This document shows, one piece after another, positions 16,891 through 27,950 of a stretch of 64,000 bases of DNA. Location: the NCBI GenBank assembly GCA_937625935.1, contig OW569380.1, positions 62,001-126,000 on the forward strand. Direction: 5' to 3'. The notes under the pieces were generated by a model that saw only the letters and a list, made by a program, of their open reading frames with translations, did not search any database and was not told where the DNA came from. Every line of letters starts with the position of its first letter. The first letter of the stretch is position 1. A program made the position numbers and the translations under genes. This DNA is from Tetramitus jugosus (taxonomy: Eukaryota > Protista > Heterolobosea).

Positions 16891-18864
16891 ATGCTGCGAA
16901 ACGAATTACTCATCTACTTTCCACAAAAGGAATTTTACAGCGGTGACACTGTCAGTGGTTACGCAGAACTCAGAGTACCAAACTCTGTAGAGACAAACGG
17001 TGTTCGCCTCGACTTGTTTGGCAGAGAAACCGCGAGTATCCAAGGCCGAAATCCAATTACCAACGAATTTTACAAGTACACACAAATTCTGGAGGGCACC
17101 GGGAGCAAGGATCGCGGCAAAGACTGGTTCGGCATGAAAAAAAGAAAAGTGGAAAAAATTCCAACAGGCACACACAAATACCCCTTCCATTTTAAATTAC
17201 CCGACACTTTGCCGCCAAGTTACAAGAAATCTCCGCCAACCCCTCAACAGCAACAACAAGCCAATGGTGGTGCTGCGATGAGTGGACCAGATGTCATTGC
17301 CATAGAATATGAATTGAGAGTGACGTTGGAAGCTGGTGGTGCCAATCAATCCGATCTCGTCAGCAGTGCACGAGTTCCCATTGGCGGCACTCTGTTTGAC
17401 ATGAATTTTTTGGGCAATGAAACCATACCGATCCAAGAACGAACAAGCAAAACGTTCATGCTGACAAAAGGTGCACTGGACATTGTGGTGAGCCTCGATT
17501 CAAGAACGTTCCTCACTGGAGATGCGATTCAACCAAAAATTGACATTTTTAATCGAACGAGTAGACAAGTGAACGGAGTAGAGGTCAAACTCATTCAGAG
17601 AATTGAAGTTTGGAACAATGGGAGTCGAACACCGGTCAAGGTTGATGAATACGTGTTGAGTAAGGCCAATATCGGTGTATTGTTGGGCAACAAGGATCAA
17701 CATCCATCGATTCGATTGAATGTGCCACCCACTGTCACGGAATCCGTGTTCAATCGCAAGATTCAGAGCGGACAAGTCGGTAGAGTAGTGACCATTAGCT
17801 ACGTCATGACCATTCACGGTACCATTTCGATGGCCACTGATTTGGACATGAGTGTAAAGCTCTATATCGCTCGAAAGCAAAAACATGCCAATCATGTGAG
17901 ACCTCAACTCCAACAACAACAACAACAACAACAACAGCCACAGTATGCTCCTCATTCACAACAACAAATGACTGGATACAATATGCCACCAGTGTATAAT
18001 CAACCACCACAGTATGCACAAGCATCATTGCCACCTCTGCCTTCTCAATTACAACAACAAGGTTATGGTCAGCAACAACCATACATGGATCCTTATCAAC
18101 AACAGCAACAACAGCAACAACAATACATGTATCAACAGCAACAACAACAACATGAGCAATGGTCACCAACAACAGTGTTACCACCTCCTACTCCTACTGC
18201 TCTATTGAGACAACAACATCAACAACAGCAACAGCAACCACAATTGCCAGCCTTACCAACACAACAATATCTACCTCCACCACAACCACAACAACTACCA
18301 CAACAACAACCTCAATATCAACCATCCATGACTCAATCCATTTCTCCTGCTGTTGCCACAATGACTGCTAGTGTTACTGCTGCAACTGCTACTGCTGCTG
18401 CTACGAGTGGTGGTGCAATGGATCAATCCACGACAACAACTGTGACTCATCAATACGACTACGTACCAGATGATTATTCACAGTACTTTAATAGTAATGC
18501 TTCAGTATCATCATCATTGAACAATGGACCATCACAAGAAGCAGCACCTGTTGTTCAGTTACAACCATCCTATGAACCAACTTCATTCTATCCAACATTG
18601 GACGATGTGGATGTGGCATCGTTCAATCCAAGTTATAGCTCTGATGTTTCCTATGGTGCATTCGATAATCCAAATGTCATTGGTGTGGATTCTCATCACT
18701 ATGGTGGTGCTGCTGCTGACCAATATAGTATGAATCTACGTAGTAACAATGACACAAAACAGAAGAAGAATGATACTGATGAATTGTCGTTGGATGATCT
18801 CATGGAACGACAATTTGGAGCCTCGAAGAACACCAATCATGCTTACGAACAATTTTTTGAATAA
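16891..18864 (+). CDS. Arrestin-domain protein with Q/P-rich tail
   Basis: FYSGDTVSG, GTHKYPFHFKLPDTLPPSY, arrestin-C NRTSRQV. Confidence 0.9.
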   Translation: MLRNELLIYFPQKEFYSGDTVSGYAELRVPNSVETNGVRLDLFGRETASIQGRNPITNEFYKYTQILEGTGSKDRGKDWFGMKKRKVEKIPTGTHKYPFHFKLPDTLPPSYKKSPPTPQQQQQANGGAAMSGPDVIAIEYELRVTLEAGGANQSDLVSSARVPIGGTLFDMNFLGNETIPIQERTSKTFMLTKGALDIVVSLDSRTFLTGDAIQPKIDIFNRTSRQVNGVEVKLIQRIEVWNNGSRTPVKVDEYVLSKANIGVLLGNKDQHPSIRLNVPPTVTESVFNRKIQSGQVGRVVTISYVMTIHGTISMATDLDMSVKLYIARKQKHANHVRPQLQQQQQQQQQPQYAPHSQQQMTGYNMPPVYNQPPQYAQASLPPLPSQLQQQGYGQQQPYMDPYQQQQQQQQQYMYQQQQQQHEQWSPTTVLPPPTPTALLRQQHQQQQQQPQLPALPTQQYLPPPQPQQLPQQQPQYQPSMTQSISPAVATMTASVTAATATAAATSGGAMDQSTTTTVTHQYDYVPDDYSQYFNSNASVSSSLNNGPSQEAAPVVQLQPSYEPTSFYPTLDDVDVASFNPSYSSDVSYGAFDNPNVIGVDSHHYGGAAADQYSMNLRSNNDTKQKKNDTDELSLDDLMERQFGASKNTNHAYEQFFE

Positions 18865-18980
18865 ATTAATAAAAAGCGACATGTTAGAGCAATGTGAAAG
18901 ATAAGTGCAATTTCAATCCTGAATACGACTTGATTGTTTAGTTCTCAAAAAAAAACAAAACAAGATACTTGAAAGAAGAG

Positions 18981-21113
18981 ATGAATGCTCATCAGAATCA
19001 GGCCAAGAAGGCACGATTGTTGTTTCAAGCACTGAAAGATCGATTTCAGTTTGATTCACAGAAGGACATACTAGCAGTGTATCTGTATGGAAGTCATGTG
19101 TACGGAACGAGTACTCCATCGTCTGATTATGATTTGTTGTTGGTGATGAGGTCAGAGTTTGAAACTCGCTCGACCATGAAGCATTTGGAGCATTACTTGT
19201 CCACTTCAGCTGATAATAAAGACGACACGAGTGTCAAGGTTGTGTATGAAAGAGATATGACTGTAGCTCTGAGAGTGACTAATCAATCTGATTTCGGTGA
19301 TGATACTCTAGAGTTTGAGTGTCATGTGATGAGCTTGGAGATTTATCTTCAATTCCTGGTGAAGCACAAACCAGTGATGATGCTGTGCCTTTGGTTGCCA
19401 GATAGTTCCATTTGGCATGAAATTCCCCTCATGACTGCTTTCAGAGAGCATTTTGTAAAGTATTGCATTAACTTTGCAAAGATTAGGACAAGTTTTCTTC
19501 GGGAGGCTGAAGTGTGGTGTTTTGCGAAAGCCAAACGATTGTTTATGGAGGGTGATAAAGTCAAATCGTTGAAGAATTTGATCCATGGTATCAGATACTT
19601 GAAGTTTGCATTGCAAATTATTCAAATAGGCACAATAGAAGATTGGACAGCGGCGAATTCACATTTTGATGATTGTATGGACATGGAGTATGAGACATTT
19701 GAACAGTATTCTGCGGAGTTTCGTCCTATTTACGATCAGCTCATGGTACAAATCAAACAGCATATGGAACGAATCGAGTCTCAGGAGTTGGGTAGTTCCG
19801 GTTGCTCTCTGTTACAATACCTCCAGAATCAATCTCTCCAGCAATTAACAAGACATTATCCTGTCACTGTATTCGCATTAGAGAACAATCTCCTCAAGTT
19901 ATCGTATGATGCTACTGCTTCTAGTAGAGGCATCACAAGCTCTCTGGAGCCTCATGTACTAGACTTTTGTAACAATACTATTGTTCGATATGATGAAGAG
20001 AACCACAAGTACAACCTTGTTTGTGTTGGTGTTGGAAAAGTAATGAACCAGGAGGAATTCTTGGACAATCAATTCGACACAATCACAACAATGGATGATC
20101 ATATTGTTGTTGTTGAACGAGGAGAAACTTGTCTTTTATATTTTGATTCCAATGAATGGCATGTCACTGCTCAGAACGATCCAGTGGAGCAATACTTGTT
20201 GCAATTTACCGGAGGTCTGACTAAGATTGAAAAGCTGTTCTGGAACACATTTGAGCGACTAAACTATACTATCCCAGACAACCAAGACGAAGACACGGTA
20301 TTCTCTTTTATTTTACATGAGAGAAATGATAGGTTGGTGCTGGATTGTGTCAAGAACGCACATACCTTCGAGGAGAAGAGTATTGATACTTATCATGACA
20401 AGTACGGATGGCAGTATCCGAATAGACTCTTCGATAGTAATGAACAGAATGACCACAGTATTCAAAATTTAATCAACAACAGCAACAAATTGGATTTAAA
20501 TTTGTATCGGGGAGTAATGTGTTCTATTACAGTCAATCATTCATTGGTCAAGATTCGATTATTTATTGATCATTGCTTCCATGTTTACATGAACAAGTGC
20601 AAGTATTGGGATTTGAATGTGGCTGAAGATGGTAAATCATTGCAGGACTTGGCCTCCCAGAACAACATCGAGTGCATCTTGAATGCTTGCAGATTTTGCA
20701 GTGCTGAACCGATGATCATCTCCTCTGCTCGGGAGATTGTCCATGAGCGATACACTCTCTTTTCTACGTTGTTTGAGCGCTTGCAGAATGAATACTTGGC
20801 CATGTGTAGCTTTGTGAATCAATTTTATTCGTCGCACAAGTGTTGTGAACTTGATCCAGTACAGCTTCATCGGCTTATCAAATCTAAATTTCCAATGGAT
20901 CAAACTGGACCTCTATTCATAATGAACAAGCAACATTTGACAACTGTGGAGGAAGTATTGCAGCAGATGGTAGTAAAACCATCATCAAACAAAACTGGAA
21001 AGATAATCAAGACAAACAATTTGGATTTCTCCCGAATGAAACCAGTAGTTGAAACAAAAGCTGTGTTCAAGTGTTGGCAACAATATTTGGCTCTATCAAG
21101 TACTAGAGAATAG
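18981..21113 (+). CDS. Pol-beta-type nucleotidyltransferase fused to a degenerate RNA ligase-like domain
   Basis: YLYGSHVYG..SDYD; KSLKNLIHGIRYL..ALQI; ligase-like region lacks KxDG (VERGE instead). Confidence 0.7.
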   Translation: MNAHQNQAKKARLLFQALKDRFQFDSQKDILAVYLYGSHVYGTSTPSSDYDLLLVMRSEFETRSTMKHLEHYLSTSADNKDDTSVKVVYERDMTVALRVTNQSDFGDDTLEFECHVMSLEIYLQFLVKHKPVMMLCLWLPDSSIWHEIPLMTAFREHFVKYCINFAKIRTSFLREAEVWCFAKAKRLFMEGDKVKSLKNLIHGIRYLKFALQIIQIGTIEDWTAANSHFDDCMDMEYETFEQYSAEFRPIYDQLMVQIKQHMERIESQELGSSGCSLLQYLQNQSLQQLTRHYPVTVFALENNLLKLSYDATASSRGITSSLEPHVLDFCNNTIVRYDEENHKYNLVCVGVGKVMNQEEFLDNQFDTITTMDDHIVVVERGETCLLYFDSNEWHVTAQNDPVEQYLLQFTGGLTKIEKLFWNTFERLNYTIPDNQDEDTVFSFILHERNDRLVLDCVKNAHTFEEKSIDTYHDKYGWQYPNRLFDSNEQNDHSIQNLINNSNKLDLNLYRGVMCSITVNHSLVKIRLFIDHCFHVYMNKCKYWDLNVAEDGKSLQDLASQNNIECILNACRFCSAEPMIISSAREIVHERYTLFSTLFERLQNEYLAMCSFVNQFYSSHKCCELDPVQLHRLIKSKFPMDQTGPLFIMNKQHLTTVEEVLQQMVVKPSSNKTGKIIKTNNLDFSRMKPVVETKAVFKCWQQYLALSSTRE

Positions 21114-21172
21114 ATGCTGATAGGACATTTAATTTACAGAGTCTGTAACTTTGATAAACTGATAGTGTACAC

Positions 21173-21970
21173 TTAGACTTGATCTGAGGCTGGAGTTGTC
21201 GGCGTTTCGGGAGAAGAGGCTACAATACTTGACGGTAACACTGATTCTGGTGTGGAAGCTTCTGGACTCTTCTTGCTCATTAGTTTGTCAACGCTACTAC
21301 TCCTTGCATCTCGCATCACTAGCCACACCAGTACCATCAGCAGCAATAAAGCGAGTACGATAACTAGTCTCACTGTCTCATAGGGCAATGTTCGTTTCAT
21401 ATAGTTTGAATACATGCCTAAAATCATTGAGACTACTCCAGTATAGAACACAAACATTCCTAGATACTTGTGCCATGATTTCGTGCGTTTGATTCGAGCA
21501 ACCAAAACACCAGTCTGTCCTCCAGAAGAATTCGTCGTTGTTCGAGCAAACAACAGAGATCGAAACTTTGGATAATAGAGGTACATGCCCAACACAATCT
21601 CCAACAAGAGCCCTACCATCATGAGCAGACCGATCCACGAGTGCCAAGACGTAAAATGACGTTTTCCCTTGATCACCTTGTTCCAGAAGGCTGCTACAAA
21701 ACCGATCACAGCAAACACCAGAGTTCCAAACTGGAGGTACACATGGTCATTGGTCAATTTCTTTCTCTCGTTCATTGGTTTCACAGATATGTTCCTTGCT
21801 GTGAGAAGACCCTCAACGATCAGAAAGGAGAAGGAAAATGTCATTAAGACAGGATGGAGAGAGAAGAGAGTCCATTCGACACACAGAAAAGTAATAAAGA
21901 GCGTGCATGCAATAGATATGGTGATGGCACTTGTGCTGAGTGTTGTGCTGCTCATTTGTTTTGTTGTCAT
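21173..21970 (-). CDS. Eukaryotic cytochrome b561 family protein
   Basis: HPVLM, HVYLQ, KRHFTSWHSWIG and WHKYLG heme-ligand His motifs. Confidence 0.9.
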   Translation of the reverse strand: MTTKQMSSTTLSTSAITISIACTLFITFLCVEWTLFSLHPVLMTFSFSFLIVEGLLTARNISVKPMNERKKLTNDHVYLQFGTLVFAVIGFVAAFWNKVIKGKRHFTSWHSWIGLLMMVGLLLEIVLGMYLYYPKFRSLLFARTTTNSSGGQTGVLVARIKRTKSWHKYLGMFVFYTGVVSMILGMYSNYMKRTLPYETVRLVIVLALLLLMVLVWLVMRDARSSSVDKLMSKKSPEASTPESVLPSSIVASSPETPTTPASDQV

Positions 21971-22841
21971 TTGGCCGACGAAGAATCTGTTTTTAGTCCA
22001 GGATTTGTTGTGAATTCCCCGATTTGGGCACAAGAGAGAAATGAAGGAAGTTCGCGCCAATATGTATTTACAGCTTAAAATCAAAAGAGTAGCGATTACT
22101 AATCAAAATACAATCATTTACTCATAAACACACATTTTCTCAAAGGTAATTTTTTGATTACGGTCTTACATCCAATAATTTCTGATGAAAGCGATAGACT
22201 CATTCAGGACGAAACCAGAGTTTGCATGTTCGACAAAAATAGCGTGTATTCGATCTCACAGGTTCTCCAAACTTTATCAACTTCCCACCTCTTGGTCGAT
22301 GTATACTCCAACCTTGCATGCACGAAACACAGCGCCCCTTTATCTTATCCTTGGTGCATTTTGCAATCATATGCATCGTAGGAAAGTTTCTTAATCAGAA
22401 CCAATGACAAAGACTGGAATCCGAGATGAGTGTCCCACTAATCCAAAGCCTTTTCTATATACTCCCTCTAAATCATCCTCGATTTTACCTTTGCTTACTT
22501 AAATAGAAGATATGAATTGACCATTACCATCTTTAAGATAAAAAATACTACTCTCTTCCACGACCCATTTTTGTGAGGACATATCTTAAAACTACTGCAG
22601 AATCGATCAAACATCTCCACTGCATACCAGAGTTGTAATGATGGACCATTGAGGGAATGGTCCTCTTACTACTCGACCACATGAGACGAAGTTACAAATT
22701 CGTTTGTCAAAAAATGACAATGCAATGATTGACTTCGTGGGATCAACCAATCAATTGAGTTCTTTCAACTTAAGCCCTGTGTGTAGTCGGTTCTTGAAGA
22801 TATCTGATGGACGATCAGACTTGCATGACATCAAAAAGTAT

Positions 22842-23492
22842 CTACCGCGTGTTTTGAACCACGTCTGAGAGTTGTTTGGATAACTCAATTAGAGAGATGT
22901 TCATGGTCAATCTCTCAGTTTTTTCATCATCATCATCTACGCGGTAATTTTGCTGCTCGTCGCTAGGTAAGGTGTCGATCATCATTTCTTTCATTTCATA
23001 TTCAACGTTAATGGCAAATTGTCTCAGGAAAGCTCCTCTCTGAACCTGAACAGCCTCTCTCTGAACCTGAGCAGCCTCTCTCTGGTCCAACTTTAACGAA
23101 GTCATTTCTTCTTGAAGCTCTCCCAACTGTTTCTTCATATCGGATACCTCTTTCTGAAGTGCAAAGTTATCCTCGATCAACATTGCTTTATGTTGTTTCA
23201 ATTCTTCTATCTCCTGATCTTTGAGATTGATATTTTGTTGGAGTATCTTGCTCAACATTCTCTCTTTGTCCAACTCTTCTCGCAGTTCAAAGTTGACCAA
23301 GGATAGTCGATCTATCTCTTCTTCGAGAACTCTGCTTTCAGCTTGCTGTCTTGTTGTGTCCATTAGAAAAAATGAAGGTGGTTCTCGCGGAAGATGAACT
23401 TGATAAGCCATATCTTGACGAGGATAAACGTGATGAGCCATATATTGACGACCAGAAGGATGCATCCTTTCAGAGAGAGGTTGTCTGCTCAT
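22842..23492 (-). CDS. Coiled-coil hypothetical protein
   Basis: 216 aa with heptads; short QREAxQV tandem repeat. Confidence 0.6.
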   Translation of the reverse strand: MSRQPLSERMHPSGRQYMAHHVYPRQDMAYQVHLPREPPSFFLMDTTRQQAESRVLEEEIDRLSLVNFELREELDKERMLSKILQQNINLKDQEIEELKQHKAMLIEDNFALQKEVSDMKKQLGELQEEMTSLKLDQREAAQVQREAVQVQRGAFLRQFAINVEYEMKEMMIDTLPSDEQQNYRVDDDDEKTERLTMNISLIELSKQLSDVVQNTR

Positions 23493-23726
23493 GTTTGTTT
23501 TGTTATTTGTTATTTGTTTGTTTGGTTTTTTTTTGTGTGGGAAAGTATTGTTGATGTGTGATTGTTTTTAAGCACTGCAAGTTGGAAAGCACAAAATGAG
23601 GGTTTTTCTTTTTGCTGACAACACAGTGTCGCGCGTGCACTATTTTTTTATTTGTGTGCACATTTTTTGTTTGTGTTTGTGCGAACAAATCACAAAAGTT
23701 GTTTCCTTTTGGCACAAACAATTACC

Positions 23727-24637
23727 TTACTTAATAAAAATATTACAGTCTTCTTCAAAGTCTCTCTCATCTTGAACAGCTATTTGAACTCCGTTCTTTT
23801 CATAGTACAAATCGACTAGTATGTCATTCTTCATACCACAAGCAAGAAGTTCAAGATCATGGTAGCTTTTGACCTTCACATATTTGGTGGTGGTATCGTA
23901 TCGAACAAAAATTTTCTTTTCCGCCACAAACTCCAAATCTGTGAGTTTTGACAGAGCATTCCTACACATCTTTCAGAGAGAAGCATACTCTCTTGTGACA
24001 TTCAACATTTGAACTTGATTTGATGCATAAATCATAAAAGACAGTGACTGCTCTTTGGCAACTTCATTGTTCTTGGCTACAGCAGTTTGATATTTGTCGT
24101 TTGCTGTTAACAAAGATTGGCTTTCTTGAATGGTCTCTGCAATTTCATTCTCATCGTTCGCAAGAGTGGTGCTAGTATATGTGAGAATATTCTCATCCTC
24201 CAATAACTTGAGATATGCCTGAGACAATGTATTATCTTCTTCAATATAGGCTCTAATTTGATCATGTGGCCATGCAATTAGAGATCCTTCCCCTTCATCA
24301 CCTTTAGCATCACTCAGTGTCAATATCTCACCCATTGGCTTTGGCAGACTAGTACTCTCTTTTCCATTCATGTATGTAGAGGTGAACCAAACACAGTCAT
24401 AGCCACTTGTAAACAACAAATCACCAATTCTATTCTCCCCTCCTCCTTTTCAAATCCAAACCAAGTTAAAGAAGCAAGTGCCACAGTTTTATTATTAATC
24501 ATCAATGCTACCTTATCTCCCTTGGAAATACCCTCAGTGGCTTGTGATGAGCGCTTATTCTTGGCACGGGAAGTGAGTTGTGAAGAAGGTGTTGTGTTTG
24601 AGCCTTCTGGTGTTGAGATTGATGATGATGATGACAT
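23727..24637 (-). pseudogene. Fragmented ORF, possibly the accessory gene of the adjacent Harbinger element
   Basis: Three consecutive minus-strand ORF pieces starting just after the transposase stop. Confidence 0.35.
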
Positions 24638-24647
24638 GATGCTTTGT

Positions 24648-25478
24648 TTATTTTGTGGTGTGTTTCTCGATTAATTTTTTATCCGACAGGAGAACACTTT
24701 CAGTTGTTCGTATTGGATGCTTCTCCATAAACCGATTCGTCAACAAGGAACACGTTAGTGCTACAACTGGAAGGAGAGAAATGTTCATACGAAAACGAGA
24801 TGATAATATCTCGTATCGCTTAATGAATCCTATTGTGCATTCAACGATCACCCTCTCAACCTTCTGTACATGCTTCAACTTGTCATCATTTGAGATGTCA
24901 CTTGGTGTCAAAAGATATACTCCAAATTTCTTGCTCGAGAACCCGCCATCAGCACATAGCCTCACCTCATCTGGCAATAATGAAAATATATTGGACAATG
25001 ATATGACCAATTGATCATTTGCTGATCCTCTTTAACCAAATGCTACATGAATAATTCTGCCACATCTATCGACCGTTACTTGTCCTATGATAGCGTGTCC
25101 TTTGTCAGCGCGATAGTATCTCCCTTGATCATATCTTGTTCTTCCAATACGCATATGTGTGTGATCTACGGACCCAGATGTGCCCAACAGAGGATGAGGG
25201 TCGTTCCACTTTTCAGGAATTTGGATTCTATCCTTTTCCGCAAGATAAATAGCCGAAAGGACATGTCGAAACTCTGTGGAAAATGTTCTCTTCGTGATTC
25301 CGAATAACGCCTCAGCTGTCGAGCTTTTCATAGACTGACGAAGACACATCAAACAGAATAGTAATCGATTTCCTGTTGAAAGTCTATTGCTGTATCTTAT
25401 CTTCTTTGTTGGTACCCCCACAAGATTGACAGAAAGCTGGAGTGGTTCTATGCACAAGTGCGGAGTGGTAATTTGCAC
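24648..25478 (-). mobile_element. PIF/Harbinger (DDE_Tnp_4) transposase pseudogene
   Basis: GSVDHTH, G*RGSAND (in-frame TAA at 25032-25034), LCADGGF, ERVIVECTIGFIK; HTH-like upstream part. Confidence 0.85.
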
Positions 25479-26586
25479 ACTTGAGAAGTCATGAGGGTAT
25501 TGTATGGAAAAAATGAAGCTCCAACAGTGTGGGAAAGATGTAACAAGGAGTCAGAGACCGACTCTGTGTGTTGGAAAGGAGGTAAGATGAGTGTGCAACC
25601 AAACCGAAAATCGAGCAAAGAGTTCCTCCTAGGTATGATGGGTGTGAGAGGGATGAGGAATAACGGAATCAAGAATGATATTGCGGAAAAGAGAGCCAGA
25701 ACATTTGTGAACAAGGTGAAAAGGAGGTGCGTTGAAACCCTTCACCAATTGTACACCTCCTACAAGGAAGGAACAAAACATGACGCCCTACGGGCACCAT
25801 TGTTAGAATTAAGAAGTAATGGAGGAGATAACGCTCTTTTGTCATTGAAAATCCCGAAATATCTCTGGAAGATCCCAGGGATACTGGGGGTTGGGTCATT
25901 GACTCTCGAGGATGAGAGAGCCAATTTTGAAAATGTGATGACGATGACAACATGATTTGGTTTTATTGTGAACAAAAATGCCAAACCAACTCTCATGTCT
26001 CAATTGTCGGTACTTTTAGGAGAATTGTTACCAGCACATCCCAATCCAGATCACAGATGTGGACGAGGGTAAGAGAGTTATGCGATGATTGTTTGACCGA
26101 AGACTTCAATTCTCAACATCATGGTTGGAGACATCGTGACTTTCCCACTGTATTTGCGACTTTCACTGAGAGGAAAGCGCGTCATCAACAACATCACACC
26201 AAAGCTACCGCGATCCACGGTAGGTTTCGGGTTTTGCCAAGTATCACATTGAAATTGTGCCATGAAAAGGTTATACTCAAGTCGAAGTCTTTTGATCCGA
26301 AGTTATTGAGTTGTACAACTGTTTCTATGAAAGAGTTGTTTATTGTCGTCTAACCCACTGTAAATAAAACTGTTTTGTTATACTCCTCACACTACTAGAT
26401 CAATATCCTCAATTGTGCACTTCGTTTCTTATGCAAGAAAGCAGTTAGATGTAAACAACTCGTTGTTGAACCGCAATGGTGCTTTGTTGATAAGGCCTGA
26501 ACAAGAAAGGAAAGGAAATGTTGACAGGAACAAGACGCCGATTCAGCATGCTTTACTCTTGTTACTGAGAAGATATCCAGCTTTGT

Positions 26587-26660
26587 TTACACCTAGTGTA
26601 TTGATTAGCATAGGCTTTTCTAACTTAAAGCATGTCAAGGGTTCGAATCGCCGGTGATGG
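26587..26660 (+). pseudogene. Degenerate tRNA-like sequence (Val-AAC-like)
   Basis: tagtgtattgattagca A-box-like, ctaac loop, ggttcgaatc B-box; stems broken. Confidence 0.3.
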
Positions 26661-26793
26661 ACGTCTTATTTTTTGTTCGATGATGAGAAACCAGGATGGA
26701 ATACAGTTGCATGTCGTAATCTTGGATATGGATTGCATAATGTACGTCTCAGTACTTCATCGTGACTTGGGTCTACTGGATGGCAATTTTTGT

Positions 26794-27200
26794 CTATCGC
26801 ATTCCGGGTTTTTTTTCAAAAAAACGCACGTAACCAAGAAACCTGGTTGTTCCATACACTATGGATTGGCAGAGTACTGGGTGCCAAAAATCACCAACAT
26901 TTTTTGCGTTAATCTGTTGCTTGTGCTTCTTGGCCAACTGATCACAACGAACCTTGCAGAGACCAATAGCGTCTGCAATGTCATGCATTCTGGCTGGTTC
27001 GTCCTTCTTTCTGTTGACCAACAACAGATGCTCCCATTGCTTGGTGGCTTTCGGGTGACAGAAACTTAAATGTGGTGAATCTGCAGACCTGTGTAATCCT
27101 CGTTGCACTTGCCACGACTATCCCCATGTGCACAATACCAACATCGATACCAACAATAGTCTTTTGCTTTACTAGTACTGTGTTGCTGTGTGTATCCTCC
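26794..27200 (-). pseudogene. Decayed NCLDV-type RuvC/A22 Holliday junction resolvase
   Basis: TIVGIDVGIVHMGIV (27160-27116) and RMHDIADAIGL (~26991-26959) in different frames; middle missing. Confidence 0.6.
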
Positions 27201-27244
27201 TGTCTTTGGTTGCTTGTGGCACGGATCCGGAAAAACCAACAAGA

Positions 27245-27619
27245 ATGAAAACTCTAGCAGAACAAGCCGTGCACAAAAAGAAGAGCAAGACTGTGATTGT
27301 CAAAAACAACATTGCCAAAGTGGCACGTGGTTTGCCAATCTTTGGTTTAGCAGTGTTGGGTGCCAATGCAGCTTTTTACTACTGTCGAAATGAGCAGACT
27401 TGGGCACCCACCTACAATGTTGATCCTCTGGAGGCCACCTACTTTTCCATCAGCAAAGCGCTCGTGTACCATTGCTTTGGCCCCATTCCATTCCTTTACA
27501 CTTGCTATCGAGGATACAAGGTCTACTCGACTGGCGACTTTAGGTGGATCCTGCCAACCATCATGCCAGGCTGGTCAAATTTTGTCAAGCAGAACCCTTC
27601 TTATTGCAAGTACAATTGA
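27245..27619 (+). CDS. Small membrane protein, possibly part of the viral relic
   Basis: Open frame with hydrophobic segments. Confidence 0.5.
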   Translation: MKTLAEQAVHKKKSKTVIVKNNIAKVARGLPIFGLAVLGANAAFYYCRNEQTWAPTYNVDPLEATYFSISKALVYHCFGPIPFLYTCYRGYKVYSTGDFRWILPTIMPGWSNFVKQNPSYCKYN

Positions 27620-27660
27620 ATGAACAGTCGTCAATAAAGAGAAACATCGTGACAAAGATC

Positions 27661-27771
27661 ATGGCCAAGTTTATTCACCAGATCTGGTTTGACATGGGCA
27701 ATGGTAGTAGTGTGCCAGCTCGCTATCAATCGTTTATCGAGTCATGGAAACACCCGAACACAAGATACTAG
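27661..27771 (+). pseudogene. N-terminal fragment of a DXD/GT32-like glycosyltransferase
   Basis: KFIHQIWF...IESWK motif followed by a stop. Confidence 0.5.
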
Positions 27772-27950
27772 GTAGAGATCATGCATTGGCAATGGAGTTT
27801 CGACTTCAATTTGCACCTTTTTTGGGATAAAGATCCCATGAGCGCAAATAGTTTCGGTCAACCCAAATGCCAACAAAAAGATCAAGGAATGAAATTGTTC
27901 TCCACATTGAAACAAACAAACCTCGGTACAGATATACACTGGTTACGAAG

